A stretch of 64,000 nt of DNA, taken from IMG/VR virus record IMGVR_UViG_3300046531_000318, positions 28,867 to 92,866 of that record. One strand, given 5' to 3'. Under the pieces are notes generated by a model, which was not told the origin of the DNA, searched no databases, and saw only the letters and a list, made by a program, of their open reading frames with translations. Position numbers and translations under genes: made by a program. Positions 26,572 to 36,766 of the stretch are shown piece after piece; the first letter of the stretch is position 1; each line of letters starts with the position of its first letter. This DNA is from a virus (lineage: Duplodnaviria; Caudoviricetes).

Positions 26572-29361
26572 TTGGCCGATGTCAAGATTGGAGTAGGCGG
26601 AAACGCCGACGGGGCGAAGGCCGTCATCAACGTGATGACGGACGCGGTGAACAAGCTCGGGAAGGCCGTAGCCGACGCCAACAAGACGCCTTTTAAGGCA
26701 GTTGGCGTCGAGCAGGCTTCCAAGGATCTCGCGAAGCTGCAGAAGCAGTTTCAGGACACGATCAAAATGTCCGCGGCGCTGCGAAACGCGCTCAAGAACA
26801 GCGGACAGAATGCCCAGGCCGGCATTCTCAATATCGACTGGTCGAAGCTCAACATTGACCCGGCGGCGGCGCAGCGCCTGCGCAACCGCGCGTTCTCCTA
26901 TGCTGCGCGCGGCACCGCATGGGATCAGACCAACGTCCCGCAGCCGCCTGTGCCCGCCGGTAGTGGCGGCGGCAGTGGTAGTGGCGGTAATGGCGGCGGT
27001 CGACGCTCATCCAGCGATGCCGACGATACCCCCCGGCGCCGCGGCAGCGGCGCGGCCTCACAGTTCGCTCGCGCTGCTTTCCGTGGTGTCGGTGGCCCTG
27101 TCGGTCAGGTGGGCACAGGGGCGCTTGACGGTGCCGAGGCTGGCGCAGCGGAGGGTGGTGCCGCCGGCGGTGCTGCGGGGCTCTTGAAGGGTGGCCTCGC
27201 TGCTGTTGGCGTCGTTGCTGCGATGAAGCTCGGCCAGATGGGTGCCGAGGGATACAGCATGGCGAAGGACCGCGATCTATCGCTCGACACGCTCAAGCGG
27301 CAGCTGGGCGACCTCGGCATCAGCTTTGAAGAGTTGCGCCGCATGAGTGATGCGGCCTCGGACGGGCTGGGCGTCAACGCGGCCGAATTCGTGAAGCTCG
27401 AGCAGCAGCAGTCGACGGCCAGCAGCGGCCTAGATCGCAACGAGTTAAGCCTGGCCGATAGCACGCGGCGCAGTGTTGGCTTCGCGCGCGCATTCGGCAT
27501 GGATCCGTCGCAGACCGCTGGGATGCTTGGCGGCATGGAGCGGCAGACGCCTATCAGTCTCGAGTCGCAAGGCAGCGGGCGGCAGCTTGTCGCGATGCTC
27601 GCCGAAGCAATCGAGCACGCGAAGGGCGCCGCGCTACCGGCAGAGGTGATGCAGGCGTTGCAGCAGATCACGGCAACCACCTCACGTCTCAGCCTGTCCC
27701 TTCCGAACATCGGCGCTGCTGGTTCGGCGTATGCGTCAATGCTGCAGGACAAGGCTCCCGGCATGACGCCGTCGGTGGCGCTCGGCCTGATTTCGCAGGC
27801 CAATTCGGCGGTATCGGGCATGGGCGCCGCCGGCGAGGCCGGGCAGAACTTCACGTACCAGGCGTTGCAGGGCGCTGGCAGCAGGTTGAACCCGATTGAA
27901 GCGATGGCGCTTTCTGCCGGCGGCCTGTTCGGCACCCGCAACACGGTTTTCGGCGACGGCAGCGAGCTTGGGAAGTACATGCACGAAAACGGCATGGACG
28001 ATGAGCTGCTCCGTCTGCGCCGCGGCGGCGATGGCGACACGACCAACTTCCGCGCCATCAAGACGAAGCTGAACCACGATTTCACCGATCCGCTCTGGCG
28101 CGTCAACGCGGCGCAGCGCTACTTCGGCGTTCAATCGCCGCAGCAGGCGGCGGCTCTCCTGCGGATGGACGACAAGGATTACGGCGGACTGAATGACGCG
28201 CTCGGCGCGGCAAACGTCAGCCTGAAGGACGTCAATGCGAGCGGCCTGCGCACGCTGGCCTCCATCGGCCGCGCGAAAACGCCCGATGAACTGAACAAGG
28301 TCTACGCCGATATCCGGGGCCGAACGGGCGACGGGGCGCTGTCGAAGGGCGAACGGCAAAGCCTCGACGCGTTGCAGGCATCGGGAAAGACCGACGACTT
28401 CAAGAATGCGCTTGTCCGGATCATGGCGGGCAAGGATCAGCAGGAAACGCTCGGCTCGGACATGCGCAAGAGCGCGGCGACGCTCGAAAACATACAGATC
28501 GCGCTGGGCGACAAGCTGGTCCCGGCTGTCAACGCCATTCGTGACGCGCTGCTCTTTTCGGTTGGCAAGTCGTCGGGCATGCCCATGCCCGCGTCGCTTG
28601 AGGATGCGGTGCGCAAGTCAGTTGCGAGTGGCGACGCAGCCTCGTCTCAGGGCGTGCTCGACGCGTTCACCGGGGATAATCCGAACAACGCCTTCGACAT
28701 GGCGAAATCGTGGGTCTACAAACACGGCGCCGAAGGTGAGCATATGGCGACCGTCAGCGCGCTCGAGCAAAAGTACAGCCTGCCTTCCGGCCTGCTTAAG
28801 GGAGTATGGGGCGCAGAGTCGTCGTTTGGCATCAACGCCGACAAGACCTCGTCTGCAGGCGCGCAGGGCAACTTCCAGGCGATGCCCGACACGCAGAAGA
28901 AGTACGGCATTCGCATCGGCGATTTCAACTCCGAAGCGGACGGTGCTGCCCGGCAGTTGAGCAATCTCCTGGCGAAACACGGCGGCGATGTCCACGGCGC
29001 ACTTTTCGATTACAACGGCGTCGTCAAGAATGTATCCGCAGGCGAGGCATACGTGAGCACCGTTCGCAAGCTGGGCGGCATGGATGCGGACAAGCTACCT
29101 AAGCCGGACGATATGTCGGGATTCGGCGAGATTGACCAGTTGCCGCCCGAGCACACGAAGGGTGCCAGCACCGGAACCGGCAAGGGCTCGCGCTCGAGCG
29201 CAGGCAAGAGTTCCGGCGTCACCGACACCGTTGTTCTCGACATGAATCTGAACGTCGTGCAGGACAGCGGCTTTGGAAAAAAGGTCACCAAGACATTGTC
29301 GACGTCGGTCGCGGTTCCCCGCGGATCGGGCACACAACAACTCGGCGTGACGGTGAACTGA
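26572..29361 (+). CDS. Tape measure protein with C-terminal lytic transglycosylase (SLT) domain
   Basis: Long Ala/Gly-rich helical protein; KY.LP.GLL..V...ESS, S.AGAQG.FQ.MP.T, AL..YN.G. Confidence 0.88.
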   Translation: MADVKIGVGGNADGAKAVINVMTDAVNKLGKAVADANKTPFKAVGVEQASKDLAKLQKQFQDTIKMSAALRNALKNSGQNAQAGILNIDWSKLNIDPAAAQRLRNRAFSYAARGTAWDQTNVPQPPVPAGSGGGSGSGGNGGGRRSSSDADDTPRRRGSGAASQFARAAFRGVGGPVGQVGTGALDGAEAGAAEGGAAGGAAGLLKGGLAAVGVVAAMKLGQMGAEGYSMAKDRDLSLDTLKRQLGDLGISFEELRRMSDAASDGLGVNAAEFVKLEQQQSTASSGLDRNELSLADSTRRSVGFARAFGMDPSQTAGMLGGMERQTPISLESQGSGRQLVAMLAEAIEHAKGAALPAEVMQALQQITATTSRLSLSLPNIGAAGSAYASMLQDKAPGMTPSVALGLISQANSAVSGMGAAGEAGQNFTYQALQGAGSRLNPIEAMALSAGGLFGTRNTVFGDGSELGKYMHENGMDDELLRLRRGGDGDTTNFRAIKTKLNHDFTDPLWRVNAAQRYFGVQSPQQAAALLRMDDKDYGGLNDALGAANVSLKDVNASGLRTLASIGRAKTPDELNKVYADIRGRTGDGALSKGERQSLDALQASGKTDDFKNALVRIMAGKDQQETLGSDMRKSAATLENIQIALGDKLVPAVNAIRDALLFSVGKSSGMPMPASLEDAVRKSVASGDAASSQGVLDAFTGDNPNNAFDMAKSWVYKHGAEGEHMATVSALEQKYSLPSGLLKGVWGAESSFGINADKTSSAGAQGNFQAMPDTQKKYGIRIGDFNSEADGAARQLSNLLAKHGGDVHGALFDYNGVVKNVSAGEAYVSTVRKLGGMDADKLPKPDDMSGFGEIDQLPPEHTKGASTGTGKGSRSSAGKSSGVTDTVVLDMNLNVVQDSGFGKKVTKTLSTSVAVPRGSGTQQLGVTVN

Positions 29362-29365
29362 CGCC

Positions 29366-30850
29366 ATGCAAATCGATATCCGTAAGCCTGGCATTCAGGT
29401 GTTGCTCTACAAGAACGTCTCGCGCAAGACGGTGAACGGCACAACGCCCGTATCGGCTCGCTACGCGGGCCAGTCGAGCGTGGTCGACCTCACGCCGTTC
29501 CTGTCTGAGGCGAACCCCGTACGCGTGTCCAAATCGGTACGGGAGCCGGCTGGCGCGTTCTCCATCGCACTCGCCGATCAGGTGGACGCAGACGTGCTCG
29601 ACTCGCTCTACGCCGTAATCGAGCCGATGGACGCGATCGCTATCCGCCTGTCAGGCATCGGCTACTCGCCGCTCGGTAACAGCCTGCCGATCATGATGCG
29701 CGGCTTTGTATCGCAAGTGCAGCGGATGCAGGGCATGTCTGCTGATGGGAAGCCCACGCGGCTCGTGCAGATCACCGGGCACGACTACGGGAAGATCCTG
29801 CAAATGATGCAGATCTTCTTCATGCCGAACGCGCCCGAGGACGCTTCGGCCATGATCACCAGCTTCCCGTTCTTCGCGAAGTTCGGCGGGTTTGATAACG
29901 TCCTCGAGGCGGGCAAGTTCACGCAGACCGTGTTCGACAAGGTAGTCAATCCGTACCTGTCGAACATGATGTTGAACGCGGCGAGCGCGGACGCTGTGAT
30001 GCAGATCGCGACGGACATTCAGGTGACCGGCGCGCAGGTGTCGCCCTTCGGCGTTGGCACGTTCAACGGCGGCAACGTCCATGCGCTGATCAGCTCGTAC
30101 GGCGATATCGGCGCCTGGAACGAGTTCTTCATTGAGGATCGCGAGGCGGGCCCGTACGCGGTGTATCGACCGAACCCCTTCATGGATCCGGTCACGTACG
30201 AATATCTGATGAGCGGCGTGACCGCGCCGACCGTCGTTGATATCGACTCCCGCGACGTGGTCAGCATGACTGCCTCGCGCACCGACGCGAACGTGGCTAA
30301 CTACTTTTGGGCGGACAGCCCGCGCTTCCTGATCAACTACGATTCCACCGCCCGGATGATGGCGTTCGCCTCGGCAGGCACCAACGACAGCGCGCCGTTT
30401 TATGTCACGGACTACGGCAACGTTGACCCCGCGCTTTATGGCGTTCGCAAGCTCGAGGAGTCCACCAATCAGGCCGGCACCGACGAGTCGAACAACGGCA
30501 ACGGCACGCAGTATGGGCCTTCGCGCAACGCCTCCATGAACGGCGCGCTGACGTGGATCAACAGCCGCCGCGCGCAGCTGTACGCGCTCAACAAGGATAA
30601 CGTCGTGCTCGAGACGGGATCCATGCGCCTGAAGGGCAATGAGGCGATCAAGGCTGGCGTCTATCTGCGGCTGACCCACGGGACGATGCGCTCGTACCAC
30701 TACGTGGTGAGCGTCGTGCACGATTACACGCCATTCGGGGCGTATTTCACCGAGGTCCAGTTTGAACGCGGCACCGGGTTCGTTGACCGGATCCAGAACG
30801 CGGCCGGCCAACAGGCACCGTATTACAGCGAAATGGTGACGAAGTCATGA
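29366..30850 (+). CDS. Baseplate hub protein
   Basis: Synteny; K....PAG.F.I.L, G.DYGK.L, WNE.F.ED, G...I..G..L. Confidence 0.75.
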   Translation: MQIDIRKPGIQVLLYKNVSRKTVNGTTPVSARYAGQSSVVDLTPFLSEANPVRVSKSVREPAGAFSIALADQVDADVLDSLYAVIEPMDAIAIRLSGIGYSPLGNSLPIMMRGFVSQVQRMQGMSADGKPTRLVQITGHDYGKILQMMQIFFMPNAPEDASAMITSFPFFAKFGGFDNVLEAGKFTQTVFDKVVNPYLSNMMLNAASADAVMQIATDIQVTGAQVSPFGVGTFNGGNVHALISSYGDIGAWNEFFIEDREAGPYAVYRPNPFMDPVTYEYLMSGVTAPTVVDIDSRDVVSMTASRTDANVANYFWADSPRFLINYDSTARMMAFASAGTNDSAPFYVTDYGNVDPALYGVRKLEESTNQAGTDESNNGNGTQYGPSRNASMNGALTWINSRRAQLYALNKDNVVLETGSMRLKGNEAIKAGVYLRLTHGTMRSYHYVVSVVHDYTPFGAYFTEVQFERGTGFVDRIQNAAGQQAPYYSEMVTKS

Positions 30851-31725
30851 GCGTGCTTGAACTTGGGCGCGTAGTCGCCGCCTACCCGCAGGGAAACTCC
30901 ATTGACGTGCTGCTCGACAATGGCTCGCGCCTGGCAAATGTGCAGGTGATGTCTGACGATGGCAGCGACGCGTCGGGCAGCACGCACATTCCGGACGTCG
31001 GCGGCCCGGCCGACGATACGCGCTGGTCCCACACCGCAGCGTTCGCGCGCACCGTGCGTGCTGTGGTGGGTTTCATTCGTGGTGCGCCGGTGTGCCTCGG
31101 CTTCCTGCAGCCGCAGGTGACGCAGATGACCTTCAACGAGAAAAACCGCAAGGTCACGCGGCACCCGTCGGATGTCTACACGTCGATCGATGACGCGGGG
31201 AACTTCGAGCTTTTTCACCCGAGCGGCACGTATCTGCGCATCGGCTCGACGCCTTCGCATGAGGATCTGACCGGAAAAGACTTCGACGGAATGTGGAAGA
31301 TCGCGCGCAACACCGGCGCCGCGCCGCATGTGCATCTTGGCGTGTCGAACGCTGGCGCGTCGGTCGCGAGCCTGGACTTTGACCCGAGCGGAAACGTCAC
31401 CCTTCAGAACAGCGGCAACCTGGCGGCGACGGTGGGCGGCACCACAAACGTGACTTCCGCCGGCGCGGCGACAGTGAAAGCGCCGGCAGTGACGGTCGAC
31501 TCGCCGTCCACCACCTTTACGGGGGCGGTGACAGTGGAGGGCGCTTTCACCTTCCAATCGGGTATGACGGGCTCGGCTGGCTCGAGTGGTGGTGCCACGA
31601 TGACCATTGACGGCGCGGCCGACTTCACCGGCGAAGTGACGGCAAATGGCGTCAAGGTTTCCGGCCACAAGCACGGCGGCGTCCAGTCTGGCAGCAGCGA
31701 AACGGATCCGCCGATCGCCGGCTAG
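30847..31725 (+). CDS. Baseplate spike (gpV-like)
   Basis: OB-fold N-terminus, beta-helix repeats, C-terminal H.HGGV..G...T.PP. Confidence 0.88.
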   Translation: MSVLELGRVVAAYPQGNSIDVLLDNGSRLANVQVMSDDGSDASGSTHIPDVGGPADDTRWSHTAAFARTVRAVVGFIRGAPVCLGFLQPQVTQMTFNEKNRKVTRHPSDVYTSIDDAGNFELFHPSGTYLRIGSTPSHEDLTGKDFDGMWKIARNTGAAPHVHLGVSNAGASVASLDFDPSGNVTLQNSGNLAATVGGTTNVTSAGAATVKAPAVTVDSPSTTFTGAVTVEGAFTFQSGMTGSAGSSGGATMTIDGAADFTGEVTANGVKVSGHKHGGVQSGSSETDPPIAG

Positions 31726-32090
31726 TAGGGGCGGGCTTCGGGGTCGCCTGCAAAGACTCCGCGACCGCCTGCCGCGATGCAGGCGTTACCCATCTCCACT
31801 GCGCCGCTGTCGTCCTTGCTGGTGGGACACACCTCCGCCAGATTACCGGGGTGGTCCCGCAAGGGACGCCAGCATCCGGAGTTGTAGCCGTAGGGGTGAT
31901 GGTAGACCGCGTAGTGCCATTCCTTCGAGATGCCGGGCACGTCGCACGCTTTCTTGTAAAAGAGGATACGCATGCCGGGTTCCTCGCTGTATGCGAAGGG
32001 CGCGGCGCTGGCTTTTGCATGCACTACAGGCCCGGCGTGCGCAGCCATTCCAAAGGTGGCAAGCAACGCCATAAAGACGGTCTTTTTCAT
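31722..32090 (-). CDS. Secreted/periplasmic moron protein
   Basis: Signal peptide MKKTVFMALLATFGMAAHA-G, four Cys, opposite strand inside the tail operon. Confidence 0.65.
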   Translation of the reverse strand: MKKTVFMALLATFGMAAHAGPVVHAKASAAPFAYSEEPGMRILFYKKACDVPGISKEWHYAVYHHPYGYNSGCWRPLRDHPGNLAEVCPTSKDDSGAVEMGNACIAAGGRGVFAGDPEARPY

Positions 32091-32137
32091 CTAAAACCCC
32101 GGTTATTCAGACAAAACGCGCAGAGTATAGCGCGCGG

Positions 32138-32153
32138 GTCGTGACGCCATGCT
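32138..32153 (+). promoter_or_regulatory. Putative late promoter (GTCGTGACGC-CATGCT), leaderless
   Basis: ATG 32160 lies exactly 7 nt after the conserved T. Confidence 0.75.
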
Positions 32154-32159
32154 CGCAGC

Positions 32160-33347
32160 ATGACGATCTCCCTTTCCTCGCTGCAAGTCTCGCCTCTGTC
32201 GTCGGTCTTTGCGCCGGCGAGCCAGAAGGCGGGCGACCGGCCGATCAGCTTTGTGCTTACCGACAATGCCACGGGCGGCGGCTCGGTGACGAGCATGTCG
32301 TTGAATATCCGGCCGGAAGAGCTCACGCGCACGGAAATGTCGCGCGTGTCGGTGCAACAGACGCTAGGCGGGGCGTGGGCTGACGACTTTGGGCCCGGGC
32401 TTGCGCAGATCAATATTTCCGGCCACACCGGCTGGCGCGGATCCGTATCGTCGGACGGCATGGACCTTTTCGCCCAGCTAAAAAAGCTGGTCTACACGGA
32501 CTGGCATGCCGCTCGCAACGCGGCGCGCGCAGCAGGCGTGGACCCCGGTGGCGTCTCCCTGACCTTCGCCGATGCGCTCGACTCGACCACGGACGTGGTT
32601 ATCCCCATGTCGTTCGTGCTGCGCCGTTCAAAGTCGCGCCCGCTGCTGATGCAGTATCAGATTGCGATGATGACCACGGGCCTGCCGATCCCGGCGACGA
32701 CGGCCTCGAGCGCGTTCGCGTCTGCGCTCAGTGCGCTCGGGCTCGATTCACTCGCGAAGGCCGTCACCTCGCTTACCAAGACGATCAGCAACATCGCGTC
32801 GTGGGTGAACACGAACATTGTTGCTCCGGTGAAAGCGTTTGTAAGTCTCGCCGTGAACGCGTTTAACGCCGTCGTGGGCGTAATCAACTCGGCCACCGCC
32901 ATCGTGTCGAACGTCTTAAGCACCGCGCAGTCGATCGCGCGCGCCGGGATGCAGGTGATGCAGACGCTCTCGAGCATCGCCAGTCTGCCGACGGCAATCA
33001 AGGCGCAGATCATGGCCACGGCCGGGCAGTTTTCCAACGTCTATTGCGTGCTGAAGAACGCGGTCGCGAAAACGAACACCTATCCGGACTACTCGACGCT
33101 GCTCGGCGCGAGCAACTGCTCATCGACGGCGGGCGGCTCTGCGGCGAGCATCTACACGACGAGCGGGACGAACCCGTTCAACGACGTCATCGGCAAGCCG
33201 GCCGCGCCTGTCATCACCGCGACCGCGGACGCTGTGACTGCTCTGCAAACGATCAATAACACGGACCCGGTCCTCTCGCCGATGTCGACCACGGCAATCG
33301 CGGCGAACCTGAAGGTCATCAATTCCGGCGTGACGGTGAAAGCATGA
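32160..33347 (+). CDS. Baseplate/tail-tube initiator-type structural protein
   Basis: I.PE.L, R..V.QTLGG.W.DDFG.G...I.ISG.TG, RS..RPLL..Y.I. Confidence 0.7.
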   Translation: MTISLSSLQVSPLSSVFAPASQKAGDRPISFVLTDNATGGGSVTSMSLNIRPEELTRTEMSRVSVQQTLGGAWADDFGPGLAQINISGHTGWRGSVSSDGMDLFAQLKKLVYTDWHAARNAARAAGVDPGGVSLTFADALDSTTDVVIPMSFVLRRSKSRPLLMQYQIAMMTTGLPIPATTASSAFASALSALGLDSLAKAVTSLTKTISNIASWVNTNIVAPVKAFVSLAVNAFNAVVGVINSATAIVSNVLSTAQSIARAGMQVMQTLSSIASLPTAIKAQIMATAGQFSNVYCVLKNAVAKTNTYPDYSTLLGASNCSSTAGGSAASIYTTSGTNPFNDVIGKPAAPVITATADAVTALQTINNTDPVLSPMSTTAIAANLKVINSGVTVKA

Positions 33348-33961
33348 GCATTTTCGATAAGGAACTGGTCGGTTATCGCTTCGTCCTTTCGCGCTATGGC
33401 GACACGCTGCAACGCGTGGCGCTGCGCGAGTTGGGCGACGCGTCGAAGTGGACCACGCTCGTTGCGCTGAATAACCTTCAGCCGCCGTACCTGACCGACG
33501 ACCCGACCGAGGCGTCGGATTACGTCATCCTCAACGGCACGACGCATATCGTGCTTCCGGCCACCAGCGCCGCGTCGGCGCAGCCGGATCCGTCGACGGT
33601 TTTCGGCACCGACATGCTGCTTACGGCCGACGGCTTCCTGTCCGTTACGGGTGGCGACTTCGACACCGTCTCCGGTGTGGCGAACCTCAAGCAGGCGCTA
33701 AAAAATGCGCTCGCGACCGACCAGAACGAACTCCTGTATCACCCGACGTACGGCACGCTCATCCGGCGAATCCTCGGTAAGGTCGTCGGGCCGACGTCGC
33801 AGCAGCTGGCGGCGGAATACGCAAAGAGCACAGTTGCCGCCGACGCCCGAATCAAGAATGTGGAAAGCGCGACCGCCTCGTCGGTGGGCGACTCCATCAC
33901 TGTGACCGTCGCCGCGCAGCCGGTTATCGGAGAGGCCGTCACGGCAAGCACGACCACTTAA
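33344..33961 (+). CDS. Baseplate wedge protein (LysM + gp25/W-like)
   Basis: GDTLQ.VA.RELGD...W......N.L; G..NL.QA....L.T...L..HP.YG; D.RI..V. Confidence 0.8.
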   Translation: MSIFDKELVGYRFVLSRYGDTLQRVALRELGDASKWTTLVALNNLQPPYLTDDPTEASDYVILNGTTHIVLPATSAASAQPDPSTVFGTDMLLTADGFLSVTGGDFDTVSGVANLKQALKNALATDQNELLYHPTYGTLIRRILGKVVGPTSQQLAAEYAKSTVAADARIKNVESATASSVGDSITVTVAAQPVIGEAVTASTTT

Positions 33962-33975
33962 GCGCCGCGCGCGGT

Positions 33976-33991
33976 GTCGTGACGCGACCAT
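33976..33991 (+). promoter_or_regulatory. Putative late promoter (GTCGTGACGC-GACCAT)
   Basis: Motif copy upstream of baseplate J. Confidence 0.72.
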
Positions 33992-34021
33992 GCCCACAAA
34001 GGATTCTTCAGAGGTGGGCCG

Positions 34022-35158
34022 GTGGCGAGCTTTCAGTTAAAAAACTTCGTGAGCATCTGTGCTTCCATGCTGAACCGCATGAAGGCCACTCAAACGACCA
34101 TCACCGATTTCAACGTCGGCGCGGTGGGCCGCACGCTGGTAGAAGCGCCCGCCATCGAGATTGAGGAGTTGTACCAGCAGGCTTTTAACATGGTCACCGC
34201 GGCCATTCCTGTGTCGGTCTACAACTCATTCAACTTCGCCGCGCTGGCCGCACTCGCGGCGACTGGAACCATTCGCGTCAATATCACCGCGCAGTCCACG
34301 GTCACCCTTATTTCTGCCGGCACTCAGTTCCCGTCTACGTCCACCAGCACGGTCTATACGGCGGATTCAGATGTCTCAATTCCGGCGGGTAGCTCGTACG
34401 CTGACGTGGCCGTTACGGCGACCGTTACTGGCACCGCGACGAATATCGCGGCCGGTGCGAGTTTCACGTCCACTCCGGCGATCACCGGGTTCGTCAGCGC
34501 GACGAATCTCTCCGCGTTCGTGAACGGGCGTGATGCTGAAACCGACGCCGAGCGCCTGATCCGGTTCAACGCCTATATCTCGACGCTGCCACGCGGCACG
34601 AACGGTGGCATTGAATACGGCCTTTCAACGGTCAACGTGACCGACAGCGCCGGCAACATCGGCGAGCAGGTAAAGCTCTACAAGGTGGTTGAGCCGTATC
34701 TGACTGACGCGACGCAGCCGATTGCGCTCGTCAATGCCTACATTCATAACGGCGTCGGCAACACATCGAGCGCGCTTCTCGCGCAAGCCAAGCAGGTGAT
34801 TGCTGGCTACACGAAAGCGGACGGCACAAAGGTGGCTGGCTACAAGGCCGCAGGCGTGCCGGTGAATATCTACATCGCAACCGAGGTGCCGCTGGCCGTC
34901 ACAGGCGTGATTACGCTGTCGGATAGCGATACGTACGACTTCGCCACCGTCTCGGCCGCCGTCCAGTCTGCGCTCTACACCTACCTGCAAGGGCTCGACA
35001 TTAACGCTTCGGCGATCCGCTCGGAAATGGTCGCGCTGATCATGGCTGTCGATGGCGTCGCAGATGTGACCCTGACGGCGCCGGTGGGGAACACCGCAGT
35101 GACGACCGGACAGAAGATCATGCCCGGCACGTTCACGTTAACCGAGGCGTCTGACTGA
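34022..35158 (+). CDS. Baseplate J-like protein
   Basis: TDF..G.V.RTL.EA, G...NI.A, G.D.ETD.E...RF...I..L.RGT, AAG. Confidence 0.9.
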   Translation: MASFQLKNFVSICASMLNRMKATQTTITDFNVGAVGRTLVEAPAIEIEELYQQAFNMVTAAIPVSVYNSFNFAALAALAATGTIRVNITAQSTVTLISAGTQFPSTSTSTVYTADSDVSIPAGSSYADVAVTATVTGTATNIAAGASFTSTPAITGFVSATNLSAFVNGRDAETDAERLIRFNAYISTLPRGTNGGIEYGLSTVNVTDSAGNIGEQVKLYKVVEPYLTDATQPIALVNAYIHNGVGNTSSALLAQAKQVIAGYTKADGTKVAGYKAAGVPVNIYIATEVPLAVTGVITLSDSDTYDFATVSAAVQSALYTYLQGLDINASAIRSEMVALIMAVDGVADVTLTAPVGNTAVTTGQKIMPGTFTLTEASD

Positions 35159-36267
35159 TGAAACTTACCAAGACGCTGCTCGGCTACCTGAACCGGGTTT
35201 TCAATAAAGACCCGCTCGAATTCCGCGCGCTCTCGATTGATTATGCCGGCGACGGGATGACGTGGACGGTTGCTGATGGGGTGCTAACCACGACCGTCTC
35301 TGGCGGCCGTGGCGTTGATCTCTCCATCGACCTGTCGGCATACACGCTCGATGCGCTGGTGAGCTTCATCGCGGCGCAGCCGGGCTATACGACGACATAC
35401 CTGAGCGCTGAAAATAAGGCGCTCTCGGCGCTGGTGCTGCTGGACGCGACCGGTGACATCTCGGCATCCGGCGGTGGCGATCTGTACGGCTACTCGAATG
35501 TCCTGTGGGCGTACATGGAGGCGAACGCGGCCGAACTGAAAGCCGCCGAGGCGTCGATCCAGAGTCTCGCTTCAGAAATGCAGACGACGACCGCGGACAC
35601 GATCTGGCTCGATCTGCTCGGCACCTACTATGCTGTGCCGCGGCTCACGAACGAAAGCGACGCCTCGTACGGGCCGCGAATCATTGCCACAGTGATCCGG
35701 CCGGCGAGCAACAACGTTGCGATCGAGCAGGCGATCGAGACCTGGACGGGGCAGCAGGCCACTGTGACCGACGTCGTGCTTCGCGGCGTGACTGGCAACA
35801 TTTATAACGGCGACCACAAGCACGACGGCTCGATCAAGCACGACGCGGTCAACACGAACGTGTATGGCCTGTTCGACGTGACTTACGCCTATGACCTCAT
35901 CACGGGCGGCGATCTCTCGTCGTTCCAGTCGACGGTAATTTCGCTCGTTAATACGCTGCGCGCGGCCGGCACGCATATGCGTTCAATCGCGCTGACCGGC
36001 TCAGTGCTCACCGACAAACTGACTCCGCCGACGGATTCGTTTTCGATCATCAGCGTGGGCGCGACTTTCAACGACACCCTAACCGCGCCGACAGAAACGG
36101 TGTCGCCGATGGGCGTGCAGATGGCAGCGTTCTCGGACACGCTGACAACGCCCACTGATTCGGCTTCGATGACAGTCGCGTACAACTACAAGCACAACGG
36201 AATCCGCAAATACGACGGGACCGTCGAGCACCTCGGCGGCCAGGTGATAACGGAGTCGCTTTCCTAG
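35158..36267 (+). CDS. Baseplate wedge protein (gpI-like)
   Basis: TA...WLD..G.YY...R...E.D..Y..RI; N..AI. Confidence 0.75.
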   Translation: MKLTKTLLGYLNRVFNKDPLEFRALSIDYAGDGMTWTVADGVLTTTVSGGRGVDLSIDLSAYTLDALVSFIAAQPGYTTTYLSAENKALSALVLLDATGDISASGGGDLYGYSNVLWAYMEANAAELKAAEASIQSLASEMQTTTADTIWLDLLGTYYAVPRLTNESDASYGPRIIATVIRPASNNVAIEQAIETWTGQQATVTDVVLRGVTGNIYNGDHKHDGSIKHDAVNTNVYGLFDVTYAYDLITGGDLSSFQSTVISLVNTLRAAGTHMRSIALTGSVLTDKLTPPTDSFSIISVGATFNDTLTAPTETVSPMGVQMAAFSDTLTTPTDSASMTVAYNYKHNGIRKYDGTVEHLGGQVITESLS

Positions 36268-36282
36268 TCGTGACGCGAGACT
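36267..36282 (+). promoter_or_regulatory. Putative late promoter (GTCGTGACGC-GAGACT)
   Basis: Motif copy upstream of the fibre operon. Confidence 0.72.
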
Positions 36283-36307
36283 GACCTTCAAATGATCGGA
36301 GGTCTAA

Positions 36308-36757
36308 TTGTCCATTCTCCTGCATGACAGCCTTCGCCCGCCAACCGGGCGTCTGTCCTACCAGGTTTTTCGCGATGGTGAGGTTATCGAGGAAGTCGAT
36401 GATCACAACCTTATCGTCATCGGCTCGCAGGTGACGCATGCGCGCCTGCTGGGCGGCGACGTCGCGAACCGTTCGGTTACGCAGATCGGCTTCGGCACCA
36501 ACGGAACAGGCGAGCAGTTCGCGAACGGCTCTCTGACGGGCGCGTATGTGAATAACCTGGCAGCTCCAACATACCCCGCGTCCAACCAGGTGAGTTTCGG
36601 CTTCTCGCTCGGCACCACCGAGGCGAACGGCATCGCAATTCTCGAGTTCGGCCTTCTGACGGCTGGCGGCATTCTCTATTCGCGTCGCACTAGGTCTGTG
36701 GCCCTTGCGAAGCAATCCGACATAACCCTGAGCGGTACCTGGATTATCTCGTTCTAA
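36308..36757 (+). CDS. Tail fibre attachment/collar protein
   Basis: NLIV..G, IGFG, EANG..I.EFGL, L.SR, W.I.F; GGAGG + TTG start. Confidence 0.7.
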   Translation: MSILLHDSLRPPTGRLSYQVFRDGEVIEEVDDHNLIVIGSQVTHARLLGGDVANRSVTQIGFGTNGTGEQFANGSLTGAYVNNLAAPTYPASNQVSFGFSLGTTEANGIAILEFGLLTAGGILYSRRTRSVALAKQSDITLSGTWIISF

Positions 36758-36766
36758 GGGTCTGAA

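Noticed and set aside
28538-28553. Late-promoter-like TTCGTGACGC-GCTGCT inside the tape measure gene
   Set aside because: Lacks the conserved A and is intragenic; probably chance.
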